Shown piece after piece: positions 1 through 11,192 of a stretch of 64,000 nucleotides of DNA (its first letter is position 1; every line of letters starts with the position of its first letter). The stretch is from Endomicrobiia bacterium (GTDB lineage: Bacteria > Elusimicrobiota > Endomicrobiia > DTEH01). Location: assembly GCA_025059805.1 (NCBI GenBank), contig JANXDG010000068.1, positions 39,838 to 103,837 on the forward strand, written 5' to 3'. The notes below the pieces were generated by a model. That model saw only the letters and a program-made list of their open reading frames with translations. It was not told where the DNA came from and did not search any database. A program made the position numbers and the translations under genes.

Positions 1-599
1 CGTTAATTGTACGTAATTTTCAGTCAGTAATAGGTAAGGAAACAAAAAAACAAATACTGCAAATAGAAAAAAAGTTACCTAACTATCTAATTGCGTGTGT
101 TGGTGGTGGCTCTAACGCGATTGGTTTATTTTATCCATTTTTTTATGATAAAACTGTTGCTATGATAGGTGTGGAAGCTGGTGGTAAAGGTATTAACACA
201 TCTATGCATGCAGCATCGCTTACCAAAGGAAGAGTAGGAATATTACATGGAATGAAAACATATGTTTTAACAGAAAATAATGGACAGATACAGACTACAC
301 ATTCAATTTCAGCAGGTCTTGATTATCCAGCTGTGGGGCCTGAACATGCATATTATAAATCCATTGGTAGAGCTAAGTATGTAGTTGCAGATGATGACAC
401 TGCTGTCTTGGGTTTTGAAATACTATCTAAGCTTGAAGGTATAACACCTGCGCTAGAACCTGCCCATGCGATAGGTTGGTTAGTAAGAAATAAAAAAATG
501 TTTAACAGTACTGACATAGTGGTGGTTTGTCTTTCAGGTAGGGGTGACAAGGATATAAATATCATTCGTAACATTAGCCATAAAAGGTGCGAAACATAA
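1..599 (+). CDS. trpB: Tryptophan synthase beta chain, 3' fragment; the 5' end lies outside the window
   Basis: Frame 3 reads ...LIACVGGGSNAIGLFYPF...GGKGINTSMHAASL...VVVCLSGRGDKD, matching TrpB C-terminal motifs. Stop TAA at 597-599. Confidence 0.85.
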   Translation, partial: LIVRNFQSVIGKETKKQILQIEKKLPNYLIACVGGGSNAIGLFYPFFYDKTVAMIGVEAGGKGINTSMHAASLTKGRVGILHGMKTYVLTENNGQIQTTHSISAGLDYPAVGPEHAYYKSIGRAKYVVADDDTAVLGFEILSKLEGITPALEPAHAIGWLVRNKKMFNSTDIVVVCLSGRGDKDINIIRNISHKRCET

Positions 600-1919
600 G
601 TGAAACACATTATTAATCTTGAAAAATATTTTCATTCACTTGGTAAAAAAGAATATATTAAAAAAAATTATACTCTTGATGACATTAGACTTGCACTAAA
701 ATACCTATCAAATCCACAAAATCGTTTAAAAAATATAATCCACATTACTGGTACAAACGGTAAAGGTACTGTCGCTATTTATACATCTAAGATACTACAC
801 TCTTTGGGGTATAAAGTAGGTTTATTTATTTCACCACATATTTATGATGTTACTGAACGCATTCAGTTAAATAATAAACAAATAAATGAAAAAATTTTAA
901 TAGACTACTTAAGGAAAGTGTATGAAACTGTACCTAAACAAATTTTTAAGAGATTAACATATTTTGAACTCTTGACCTGTGTAATGTTTCTTTACTTTGC
1001 TGATAATCAGCCTGATTATACAGTGATGGAGGTTGGTTTAGGTGGTAAACTTGATGCTACGAATGTTGTTGATAATAGTATTGTATCTTGTATTACGAGT
1101 ATTTCGTTAGATCATACAGAAGTGCTTGGTAAAACAGAGTTTGATATTGTAAAAGACAAGTCAGCTATAATTAAACCAAATTCTATTTTTATCTGTGGTG
1201 AAGTAAAAAGCAAAATTAAAGAATTTTTATATAAATTATGTAAAAAACTTAACACGAAATTTGTTTACATACCAAAAGATGAAGTAAACTTTAGCTTTGT
1301 TCCGGAAAAATGGGGTACTTTATGTAAAATTTTTAGTTTTAATACTGAAGTAGAGTTTTCTATTCAAGGATGTTCCGTGATTCAACCGTATAATTTGTTA
1401 CTGTCGCTAAAAATCGTTGAAAACGCATTAGGTAATAATTATACTATTGTCACACAAAAATTAGATGATGTTGTAAACTCAATAAATAAAACTATCCTAC
1501 CTTGTAGGATGCAAAGGATAAAAATTGGTAGAATAGAAGCTATAATAGACGGTGCACATAATCCCGCAGCTGTTAGAAACTTTGTTTTGACAATGCAAAA
1601 ATTAAGTTTAAGAGATATTGTAATATGTATTACTCTTATGAAGGAAAAAGACTACAAAAAAATTTTTACCGAACTCTCATTGTTAAAAGATATAATTACT
1701 CAAGTTATTGTTTATAAATTGCCGACACCAAGGTGTCAAGATACTACAATCCTATATAATGAAGCGAAAAAACATTTTGGCAATAAAGTAGAAAAATTTG
1801 ATAATATCAAAATTATGTTGACATATTTATTAAAATTTAGTAAACAAACAAAAATTTTTTTCATCGGAAGTTTTTATTCATTGCTATTTCTTTCTTTAAG
1901 TTTTAAAAATTATGAATAA
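600..1919 (+). CDS. folC: Folylpolyglutamate synthase / dihydrofolate synthase (Mur ligase family)
   Basis: P-loop HITGTNGKGT, then FISPHI and DHTEVLG motifs typical of FolC. GTG start abuts the trpB stop. Confidence 0.8.
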   Translation: MKHIINLEKYFHSLGKKEYIKKNYTLDDIRLALKYLSNPQNRLKNIIHITGTNGKGTVAIYTSKILHSLGYKVGLFISPHIYDVTERIQLNNKQINEKILIDYLRKVYETVPKQIFKRLTYFELLTCVMFLYFADNQPDYTVMEVGLGGKLDATNVVDNSIVSCITSISLDHTEVLGKTEFDIVKDKSAIIKPNSIFICGEVKSKIKEFLYKLCKKLNTKFVYIPKDEVNFSFVPEKWGTLCKIFSFNTEVEFSIQGCSVIQPYNLLLSLKIVENALGNNYTIVTQKLDDVVNSINKTILPCRMQRIKIGRIEAIIDGAHNPAAVRNFVLTMQKLSLRDIVICITLMKEKDYKKIFTELSLLKDIITQVIVYKLPTPRCQDTTILYNEAKKHFGNKVEKFDNIKIMLTYLLKFSKQTKIFFIGSFYSLLFLSLSFKNYE

Positions 1920-2841
1920 TAAAGTTTATGATGTTATTATAATAGGGGGTGGACCAGCAGGTTATTCCGCAGGTATTTACACTGCACGTGCAATGCTTAA
2001 AACGTTAATTATAACATCGTTTATAATACCTACTCAAGTTGTACTTACAGATGTAATAGAAAACTATCCTGGTTTTCCAGAGGGGATAAACGGTTTTGAT
2101 TTTATTGAGAAATTGAAACAACAAGCAGAAAAGTTTGGGACGGAAATTTTAACTGGTGATGTCACAAAGATAGAAAAGTTTGACAATGGTTTTAAAATAT
2201 CACTTTCTTCATCAAACGACTTTTTTATTACAAATACAGTTATAATAGCAACTGGTCGTAAAAACAAAAAACTTGGTATAGAGGATGAAGAAAAATTTAT
2301 CGGCCGTGGGATATCATACTGTGCTGTATGTGACGGTGCTTTATATAAAAATAAAACAGTAGCAATTATAGGCGGAGGTAATACTGCGTTCACAGAAGCG
2401 ATTTTTCTCACTAAATATGTAAAAAAGTTGTATATTATACATAGAAGAGAACAGTTCCGTGCAATAAAAATTCTTCAACAACAATTATTAACTAAAGAAA
2501 ATGTTGAAACAATAACACCCTATGTTGTTGAAAAAATAATTGGTGAAAATAGTTTCAAAGGTATTATCTTGAAAAATGTGCTTGATAACACAAAAAAAGA
2601 ACTTTATTGTGATGGTATGTTTGTCTGTATTGGTTACAAGCCGAATACAGAATTTCTAACCGGCTTAGTTAAAATGGATGAAGAAGGATATATTATCACG
2701 GATGAGAAATTACAAACTTCAGTAGAAGGTATATATGCATGTGGTGATTGTCGTGAAGGTTCTGTGAAACAAATAGTTAACGCTTGTGCCGAAGGTGTCC
2801 ACGCAGCACTTTCAGTTATTTCATACATACAACCTTATTAG
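1912..2841 (+). CDS. trxB: Thioredoxin-disulfide reductase
   Basis: YDVIIIGGGPAGYSAGIYTARA FAD fold, redox-active CAVCDG, IENYPGFPEGI and GGGNTA NADPH motif. Overlaps the folC stop. Confidence 0.85.
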   Translation: MNNKVYDVIIIGGGPAGYSAGIYTARAMLKTLIITSFIIPTQVVLTDVIENYPGFPEGINGFDFIEKLKQQAEKFGTEILTGDVTKIEKFDNGFKISLSSSNDFFITNTVIIATGRKNKKLGIEDEEKFIGRGISYCAVCDGALYKNKTVAIIGGGNTAFTEAIFLTKYVKKLYIIHRREQFRAIKILQQQLLTKENVETITPYVVEKIIGENSFKGIILKNVLDNTKKELYCDGMFVCIGYKPNTEFLTGLVKMDEEGYIITDEKLQTSVEGIYACGDCREGSVKQIVNACAEGVHAALSVISYIQPY

Positions 2842-2858
2842 AAAGGAATAAAACTGCT

Positions 2859-3833
2859 ATGATATTTTTTGAAACAATGTCAATGGAAGCTAAGTTGATT
2901 ATAATTGGTAGTGTGTTTCTTATTTGGTATTTTCTTTTTAAGATATTAAAACCTAAACAGGCACTGCAAATTTCCAGGACAAAGTTTGTAATCCTTCATT
3001 CATTGTTGGGTTTTATTATTGGAGGATTAGTTGGTTTGGTAGTTAGTATGTTCAGAGGCGAAATTGAAACACAAACAGTTTATTTTTTGGTTACAGGGAT
3101 AATTTTTTTCTTTATATTTCTAATTTACGCTATGGTGATTAGAAATAATGTTATACCGAAAGTTTTAGATTCTGACTATGAGTGGGGTGAGACTGGTTGG
3201 TCAACATTATATATTGTAGCTGTAATAATGTATTGTTTTATCCAAGCGTTTAAAATTCCAACTGGAAGCATGAGAATGACATTACTTGAAGGTGACCATT
3301 TATTTGTTAACAAATTTATATATGGTATTAAGATTCCATTTACGGACAAAAGAATCTTTACCCTTAAGAAAATTAAAAGAAAAGATATTGTTGTTTTTTC
3401 CTGTCCACCAGTGGCACTTACTACCGAAGAACAAAGAAAGAAGATCCAGAAAGATTTTATTAAACGTTGTGTAGGTTTACCAGGGGATAAAATTGAAATC
3501 CGTGATAAAGTTTTGTATGTTAATGATGAACCTCAGATTGAACCATATGCTAAGTTTGAAGACGATAAGATTTACCAGACACAACAGTTTTATAAATCAC
3601 AGCATGAATATCAGCGTGCATGGGAACAAGGTAGGTTTACTGAATTACCACCATTTTTTATAAGAGACAATTTTGGTCCTGTAATAGTACCTCCGGGATG
3701 TTACTTTGTATTAGGAGATAACAGAGATAAATCTTTTGATTCACGTTTCTGGGGACCATTAGAAGAAAAATATATAAAAGGTGCCCCTTTAGTTGTATAT
3801 TGGCCACCGAAAAGAATAAGAATCCCTAAGTAA
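2859..3833 (+). CDS. lepB: Signal peptidase I with an N-terminal multi-TM extension
   Basis: IPTGSMRMTLLEGDHLFVNK (Ser box), RCVGLPGDKIEI, and FVLGDNRDKSFDSRFWGP (box E). Start ATG 2859 follows GAAAGGAA; the tracked ORF extends to 2784. Confidence 0.85.
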   Translation: MIFFETMSMEAKLIIIGSVFLIWYFLFKILKPKQALQISRTKFVILHSLLGFIIGGLVGLVVSMFRGEIETQTVYFLVTGIIFFFIFLIYAMVIRNNVIPKVLDSDYEWGETGWSTLYIVAVIMYCFIQAFKIPTGSMRMTLLEGDHLFVNKFIYGIKIPFTDKRIFTLKKIKRKDIVVFSCPPVALTTEEQRKKIQKDFIKRCVGLPGDKIEIRDKVLYVNDEPQIEPYAKFEDDKIYQTQQFYKSQHEYQRAWEQGRFTELPPFFIRDNFGPVIVPPGCYFVLGDNRDKSFDSRFWGPLEEKYIKGAPLVVYWPPKRIRIPK

Positions 3834-3841
3834 AAATAAAT

Positions 3842-4300
3842 ATGATTAATCCTATAACTTGGTTAATTGTAGCTATAATTTTCTTTATTATTGAACTATT
3901 AACACCTGGTATATTTCTATTCAGCTGTTTTACTATAGGCGCACTTGTAGCGATGGTTGTAAGTTTAGTAACAAAGTCATTATTGATACAATGTTTAGTT
4001 TTTGCAATTTGTTCAATTTTATCAATTTATTTTTTGAAACCTCTTTTAATGAAATTACTTACACCGTTGACAATAAAGACGAATGTGGATAGTATAATAG
4101 GCAAGAAAGGAATAGTTATTGAAAAGATAAACGGATGTAGATCAATGGGGATTATCAAAGTTGATAACGAACTTTGGCGTGCTGTAACAAATGGAGATAT
4201 TGTTATAGATGTAAACGAAGAAGTTATTATAGCGAAAGTTGAAGGTGCACATTTAGTTGTAGCTAAAGCAAAAGATTTAAATAATGGCAAGTTTTCGTAA
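3842..4300 (+). CDS. NfeD-like short membrane protein (OB-fold C-terminus)
   Basis: Two N-terminal TM helices, then a beta-rich C-terminus (GKKGIVIEKINGCRSMGIIKVDNELWRAV), typical of short NfeD/YuaF. Confidence 0.55.
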   Translation: MINPITWLIVAIIFFIIELLTPGIFLFSCFTIGALVAMVVSLVTKSLLIQCLVFAICSILSIYFLKPLLMKLLTPLTIKTNVDSIIGKKGIVIEKINGCRSMGIIKVDNELWRAVTNGDIVIDVNEEVIIAKVEGAHLVVAKAKDLNNGKFS

Positions 4301-5701
4301 AATACTTTCAGCAGCTTTCTTACCCATACCCATAGCTTCTATAATAGTACCTTCACCACCTACAATGTCACCACCAGCGTAAACGTTTTCAATTGATGTC
4401 TCCATAGTATCAGGATTAACTTCTACATCACCCCAGCGATTTACTTTTAATTCTTTTACAGTATCGGTCAAAGTTTGGTTTGCTTTAAGTCCTATGGCAA
4501 CAATTACCAGATCTGTAGGTACAAGAAATTCTGTTCCACTAACAGGTACTGGTTTCCTTCGGCCAGTTTCGTCAGGTTCACCTAAGGTACATTTGAGACA
4601 TTTTATAGCTTTTACTTTTCCTGTATCATTTCCTATGAATTCTACTGGTTGAACAAGAAAATTAAATTCTACACCTTCTTCTTTTGCATGTTCAATCTCA
4701 ACTCGTCTTGCAGGCATTTCTTCTTCAGTACGACGGTATAATACTGTAACTGTACCGTTGATTTTGTTTATTTTTTGTATTCTTAACGCGACACGTGCAG
4801 CGTCCATTGCTGTGTTACCACCACCAATCACAACAATGTTAGATGCTGTATTTACAGGCGTGTGATATTCAGGAAATTTGTCAGCACGCATTAGGTTTAC
4901 TCTTGTGAGATATTCATTAGCAGAATAAATATTTATTAAGTTTTCACCTTTAATATTAAGCCAAACTGGAGCACCGGCGCCTGTACCAATAAAGACAAAG
5001 TTATATTTTTTTCTTAATTCTTGGAAGGATATACTTCGTCCAACAATAACTCCAGTGTAAAATTCAACTCCATAGTTTTTTAGTAGGTTAATTTCATAAT
5101 ATAATACTTCCCTTGGCAACCTAAACGTTGGTATACCGTATGAAAGAACTCCACCTAAAGAATGTAATCCTTCGTAAATATCAACCTTAATACCATAGCG
5201 GCTTAGTTCACCAGCAACTGTTAAGCTTGCAGGTCCGGAACCGATACATGCAACTTTATAGGCATTTCTTTTTTGATGCTGAACATAATTTAAGATTTGT
5301 TTATTTGATATATGTTCTTTTGCATAATCACCGGCGAAACGTTCAAGTAATGGAATGTTAATTGCATTTTCTGACGCGAATGGCAATTTTTTTGGTGTGA
5401 ATACACACGTTTTTCTACACTGGTATTCAGCAGGACAGACACGGCCACATATTAAGGGAAATCTATTTTTCTCATATATGGTTTTATAGGCACCAAGGTA
5501 ATCCTTCTGTGTAAGCTGATATATAAACTTTTTTATGTCTATACCAACAGGACAGCCAGAAATACATGTTGGGTTTTTACACTGGATACATCGCAAGGCT
5601 TCTTCTAACATTTCTTCTTCAGTGTATCCAGTTACAACTTCGTCAAAGTTATGAACCCTTCCGTGTACAGGTAACTCCTTTGGCTTTACTATTTTTTTCA
5701 T
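4277..5701 (-). CDS. gltD: Glutamate synthase small-subunit family NAD(P)H oxidoreductase (GltD/SudA-like), FeS plus FAD/NAD binding
   Basis: N-terminal CIQCKNPTCISGCPVG and CPAEYQCRKTC cysteine clusters, then two Rossmann motifs (IGSGPASL; VVIGGGNTAMD) and GGDIVGG. Confidence 0.75.
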   Translation of the reverse strand: MKKIVKPKELPVHGRVHNFDEVVTGYTEEEMLEEALRCIQCKNPTCISGCPVGIDIKKFIYQLTQKDYLGAYKTIYEKNRFPLICGRVCPAEYQCRKTCVFTPKKLPFASENAINIPLLERFAGDYAKEHISNKQILNYVQHQKRNAYKVACIGSGPASLTVAGELSRYGIKVDIYEGLHSLGGVLSYGIPTFRLPREVLYYEINLLKNYGVEFYTGVIVGRSISFQELRKKYNFVFIGTGAGAPVWLNIKGENLINIYSANEYLTRVNLMRADKFPEYHTPVNTASNIVVIGGGNTAMDAARVALRIQKINKINGTVTVLYRRTEEEMPARRVEIEHAKEEGVEFNFLVQPVEFIGNDTGKVKAIKCLKCTLGEPDETGRRKPVPVSGTEFLVPTDLVIVAIGLKANQTLTDTVKELKVNRWGDVEVNPDTMETSIENVYAGGDIVGGEGTIIEAMGMGKKAAESILRKLAII

Positions 5702-5731
5702 CTACAAATGTAATTTTACAAAATAAACAGG

Positions 5732-5929
5732 TTATTTTTTTCTTCTATCGCCCATTCTGCGATCTGTGCCTGATCTACGTTCTATAGGTACTTCACTACT
5801 ACCAATAAGTTTACTCATCCATCTTCTGTCAGCTTTTCTACGTTCAGACTTTCTTCGTTCTTGTTGCTGTGATGTTTGTTGTTTCGGAACCAATTTATCC
5901 TTTATTTTTTTTATTATTTTTTTAACCAT
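5732..5929 (-). CDS. Small (65 aa) Arg/Lys-rich protein of unknown function
   Basis: Near-perfect SD TAAGGAGG 6 nt before the ATG. The product carries repeated RRxxxR(R) motifs (ERRKSERRKADRR...ERRSGTDRRMGDRRKK). It sits directly upstream of gltD on the same strand. Confidence 0.55.
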   Translation of the reverse strand: MVKKIIKKIKDKLVPKQQTSQQQERRKSERRKADRRWMSKLIGSSEVPIERRSGTDRRMGDRRKK

Positions 5930-6050
5930 TTTGGCCTCCTTATACTTATTATAATAAACTCTCTAATAATGAATTAAAATTTTTTTTTAGCTAAGTCAAT
6001 AATATTAAAAAATATACAAAATAGGATTCAAAATTTGTAATAAACAATAT

Positions 6051-8189
6051 ATGAAAACCTCACTTAAAACATTACCTACGGTTGGTAAAAAACGTGCAAT
6101 TTATTTAAACGAATTAGGTATTTATGACATTGAGGATATATTATACTACTTACCACGAGAAGTACAAGATAGAAGAGGTTTGTCAAAATTTTCAGTTACA
6201 CAACAGTTAACACCAGGACAAAAACTTACAGTCGCAGGTAAAGTAATTGTTACTGATGTTATTAATCTAAAAAATAATTTAGGTGTATTTAAAGCAGTAA
6301 TAGAAACTATAGACAAACCATCAAAAATTTTTACACTGTGTTGGTACAAAAAACTTAATCGCAAATACGATGTTTTCAGTACATTAAAGAAACAATTTGA
6401 ATCTACAGTTGGTAGTGACAAAGTTGTGATAGCTTACGGTAGAGTTTCAGATTACAAAGCAAGGTTTACTGAAGTAAATGTTGAAGATTATGAAATTTTA
6501 CCATCAACAGAAGAAAATACGATACATACGAATCGGTTAGTACCAGTATATACATTGAATGAACATTTATCTCAACAGTGGTATCGCGAGTTGGTATATT
6601 ATGTATTAAAAACATATAAAGTTGATGAATATTTACCTAAAAAAATATTAGAGAAAGAAAAATTGTTAAATATTAATTTTGCACTTGAGAATGCTCATTT
6701 CCCTCAAACATGGCAGTTGTTTAACGAAGCAAAAAAAAGGTTATTATTTGACAAATTTCTGTTTTTACAACTTGCTGTTCTTAAAGTAAAGAAAAAAATT
6801 ATTTCAAAACCAAAAGTTGGAAAATATACGGTTAAACGTTGTTTATTAACACCGTTTAAGGAACGGTTGAAAGGATTAATACCTAATTTTGATTTTACTC
6901 GATCTCAAAAACGAGTAATTAACGAGTTGTTTAGAGATATGTTATCACCACATGCAATGAACAGATTGTTAATTGGAGAGGTAGGAAGTGGGAAAACAAT
7001 CGTTGCTGTGAGTTGCGCATTATTAGCAGTAGAAAACGGCTACCAGGTAGCATTTATGGCACCTACGGAAATACTTGCTGAACAGCATTATTTTAATCTG
7101 ATGACTTATGTAAAAGGGTTACATAACGAAGTGACGAAACGCGAAGTTAAAATAGCACTTCTTATAGGTAAAATTTCAAAAAAACAGAAAGAAAAAATTT
7201 TGAAAGAAATTGCTGACGGTGAAATAGATATTGTTGTTGGCACCCATGCATTAATTGAAGGTAGGGTTAAATTCAAAAATTTATCGTTTGTCATAGTTGA
7301 TGAACAACATAGGTTTGGAGTTTTACAAAGAAAAAAACTTTATGAAAAATCTTTGTTGCCAGATGTTTTGATAATGACGGCTACACCTATACCGAGAAGT
7401 TTAGCAATGACTTTATATGGCGAACTTGATATATCAATAATTAATGAACTTCCGGTTGGAAGAAAACCAGTAACTACACTCTATTTCAACACTGAAAATT
7501 ACGATTATAGTCTTGTGCTTGAGAGATTAAGATATGGAGAGAAAGCATATATCGTGTATCCTATTATTGAAGAAACGAAATTTGAGCTTAAGACATTAGT
7601 TGATGAATATGATAAATTATCAAAAACTATTTTTAAAAACTTTTCTTGTGGATTACTACATGGTAAGTTGTCAAGTCAGGAAAAACAGTCAGTAATGCAA
7701 AAATTTAAATCAGGTGAATATCAAGTATTGTTTTGTACGACAGTAATTGAAGTTGGAATTGATGTCCCTGATGCTACTGTAATAGTTATAAACCATGCGG
7801 AACGTTATGGTTTAGCTCAGCTACATCAACTAAGAGGTCGTGTAGGACGAAGTGATAGACAATCATACTGTATTTTGTTAGGCAAACCCAACACTGAAGA
7901 AGCGCAACGCAGGATTGAGATTATGCTTAAAACAAATAATGGTTTTGAAATTGCAAATGAAGACTTATTACTCAGAGGTCCAGGTAATATATTTGGTACA
8001 TCACAACATGGCAAAACTGAATTTGATACTACTGAAGTTTTAAACTATACATATTTGTTGTTGACAGCAAAAGATTATGCAAAGAAAATTATCTTTAGTA
8101 AAGAATTTTCTGGTGAGAACTTAAATTTATTATTCAAAAAGGTATATTCAAAATATGCAAAAGATTTTGACTTAGCGCCAGTGGGATGA
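6051..8189 (+). CDS. recG: ATP-dependent DNA helicase RecG
   Basis: Wedge domain plus SF2 helicase motifs GEVGSGKT, MAPTEILAEQH, VIVDEQHRFG and QLRGRVGRS. Confidence 0.9.
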   Translation: MKTSLKTLPTVGKKRAIYLNELGIYDIEDILYYLPREVQDRRGLSKFSVTQQLTPGQKLTVAGKVIVTDVINLKNNLGVFKAVIETIDKPSKIFTLCWYKKLNRKYDVFSTLKKQFESTVGSDKVVIAYGRVSDYKARFTEVNVEDYEILPSTEENTIHTNRLVPVYTLNEHLSQQWYRELVYYVLKTYKVDEYLPKKILEKEKLLNINFALENAHFPQTWQLFNEAKKRLLFDKFLFLQLAVLKVKKKIISKPKVGKYTVKRCLLTPFKERLKGLIPNFDFTRSQKRVINELFRDMLSPHAMNRLLIGEVGSGKTIVAVSCALLAVENGYQVAFMAPTEILAEQHYFNLMTYVKGLHNEVTKREVKIALLIGKISKKQKEKILKEIADGEIDIVVGTHALIEGRVKFKNLSFVIVDEQHRFGVLQRKKLYEKSLLPDVLIMTATPIPRSLAMTLYGELDISIINELPVGRKPVTTLYFNTENYDYSLVLERLRYGEKAYIVYPIIEETKFELKTLVDEYDKLSKTIFKNFSCGLLHGKLSSQEKQSVMQKFKSGEYQVLFCTTVIEVGIDVPDATVIVINHAERYGLAQLHQLRGRVGRSDRQSYCILLGKPNTEEAQRRIEIMLKTNNGFEIANEDLLLRGPGNIFGTSQHGKTEFDTTEVLNYTYLLLTAKDYAKKIIFSKEFSGENLNLLFKKVYSKYAKDFDLAPVG

Positions 8190-8196
8190 TTGGTAT

Positions 8197-8976
8197 ATGA
8201 AACTCTTATTGTGTGATATTGGAAATACGTATAGTAAAATTCTTGTTATTAACAAAAGGACAAAATTCTTCATAACAAAAACTTCAAATTTTATATCTTT
8301 AGCAAAAAAATATAAAGGGTACAAATTTTTTGTTTCAAGTGTGGTCCCTGAAATTCTGCGTAAGTTAAAACGTCATCATATCTTTGTTAAAGTTGTAACA
8401 TATAAAGATTTGGAGACAAAGTTACCAATAAAATATGATACGAAAAATCTGGGTAGTGATAGAGTACTTTCTGCGTTTGTAGCGAAACGTATTTTTGGAA
8501 ATAACACTTTAGTAGTTTCTTGTGGTACAACGATTGTATTGGATTATATTAATAACAAAGGCGAGTATGTTGGAGGTGCAATTTTCCCTGGGATAGGGAT
8601 GCTTTTAAAAAGTTTATTTTTAGAAACTTCTAAGTTACCATTAATAGATAAACAACAAGTAATAACATCTCACAAGATATTAGTTGGCAAAAATACAGAA
8701 GAATGTATTGTCTCTGGCATTTTAAATTTTTGTATCTCTGGTATTAATTATTTTGTAAAAAATATAAAACCTAAGAACATAGTGGTTACAGGTGGTGATG
8801 CGTTGGTTTTTAAAAACAGGATACTTTATGATGCCAATATTTATTTTATCGACAATCTTGTAATTCTTTCATTACTTTTGCTTTCATTTGACTTAAAAAT
8901 GATAGAAAATGAAGATTTAGGAAAACTAGTAGAAAATTATTTTAATGAAGTACTTGACATTGAAAAAATAATTTAA
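8197..8976 (+). CDS. coaX: Type III pantothenate kinase
   Basis: MKLLLCDIGNTYSK N-terminus, GSDRVLSAF...VSCGTTIVLDYI, and GGAIFPG motifs of CoaX. Confidence 0.8.
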   Translation: MKLLLCDIGNTYSKILVINKRTKFFITKTSNFISLAKKYKGYKFFVSSVVPEILRKLKRHHIFVKVVTYKDLETKLPIKYDTKNLGSDRVLSAFVAKRIFGNNTLVVSCGTTIVLDYINNKGEYVGGAIFPGIGMLLKSLFLETSKLPLIDKQQVITSHKILVGKNTEECIVSGILNFCISGINYFVKNIKPKNIVVTGGDALVFKNRILYDANIYFIDNLVILSLLLLSFDLKMIENEDLGKLVENYFNEVLDIEKII

Positions 8977-9018
8977 TAAAAAATGTAACCTTAATTAAAC
9001 AAACGCATCTATTATATA

Positions 9019-9035
9019 AAGCCGGCTACCGGCTT
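9019..9035. promoter_or_regulatory. GC-rich perfect hairpin (7-bp stem AAGCCGG/CCGGCTT, 3-nt loop) between coaX and groES. It may be a coaX terminator or a regulatory palindrome; a TTGACT -35-like hexamer follows immediately.
   Basis: The inverted repeat is read directly from the sequence. No CIRCE (TTAGCACTC-N9-GAGTGCTAA) is present upstream of groES. Confidence 0.35.
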
Positions 9036-9099
9036 GACTTCCTTTTGCAAAAATATTCCTTAAAAACTAAAAAACTTACCAGACAGGAGGTGATATAAT

Positions 9100-9390
9100 A
9101 TGAAGGTTAAACCTTTAGGTGACAGAGTTTTAGTGAAACCGTTGGAAGAAAAAGAAGTTAAAAAAGGTAATATCATAATTCCTGATACAGCAAAGGAAAA
9201 ACCTCAACAAGGTGAAGTAATTGCTGTTGGTAAGGGCAAAGTAACTGAAGATGGTAAACTTATTCCTATGGAAGTTAAGACTGGTGATAAAGTACTGTAC
9301 GGTAAATATTCCGGGACAGAGATTAAGATTGATGGCCAAGAATATTTAATTCTTCATCAAGATGACATCCTTGGTATTATTGAAGAATAA
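9100..9390 (+). CDS. groES: Co-chaperonin GroES
   Basis: [13 protein letters not shown]...[18 protein letters not shown]. Strong SD GGAGGTG. Confidence 0.95.
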   Translation: MKVKPLGDRVLVKPLEEKEVKKGNIIIPDTAKEKPQQGEVIAVGKGKVTEDGKLIPMEVKTGDKVLYGKYSGTEIKIDGQEYLILHQDDILGIIEE

Positions 9391-9420
9391 TAACTTTTTA
9401 AGAAAAGGAGGTGATACGCT

Positions 9421-11037
<1,617 letters not shown>

Positions 11038-11085
11038 TTTTTCACTATATTAGACAAAATACATACTTGTAGAGAGGATTGTGGT

Positions 11086-11127
11086 GGGTTAGGAGAGTGA
11101 ACTTGCTCTCCTAACCCTATTTTTTTT
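11086..11127 (+). terminator. Rho-independent terminator after groEL
   Basis: Perfect 12-bp stem GGGTTAGGAGAG/CTCTCCTAACCC with an 8-nt loop, followed by TATTTTTTTT. Confidence 0.85.
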
Positions 11128-11192
11128 AATGTCAATTATCATAAATTAGTTTAAACATTAATACAGTTTAAATTCTATTCTTGATCTTCAGT

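Noticed and set aside
353-610. Small - strand ORFs antisense to trpB, trxB, lepB and other genes (e.g. 353-610, 2064-2411, 2634-2828, 3286-3474)
   Set aside because: Nested within or antisense to well-supported genes. No RBS and no recognisable motifs.
1960-2060. Possible frameshift in trxB, because the usual GG in the ..IPGGQ.. segment reads IPTQV
   Set aside because: Codon-by-codon alignment to Bacillus and E. coli TrxB stays in register without indels. It is a substitution, not a frameshift.
9000-9099. CIRCE/HrcA operator upstream of groES
   Set aside because: I searched for TTAGCACTC-N9-GAGTGCTAA and found nothing resembling it.
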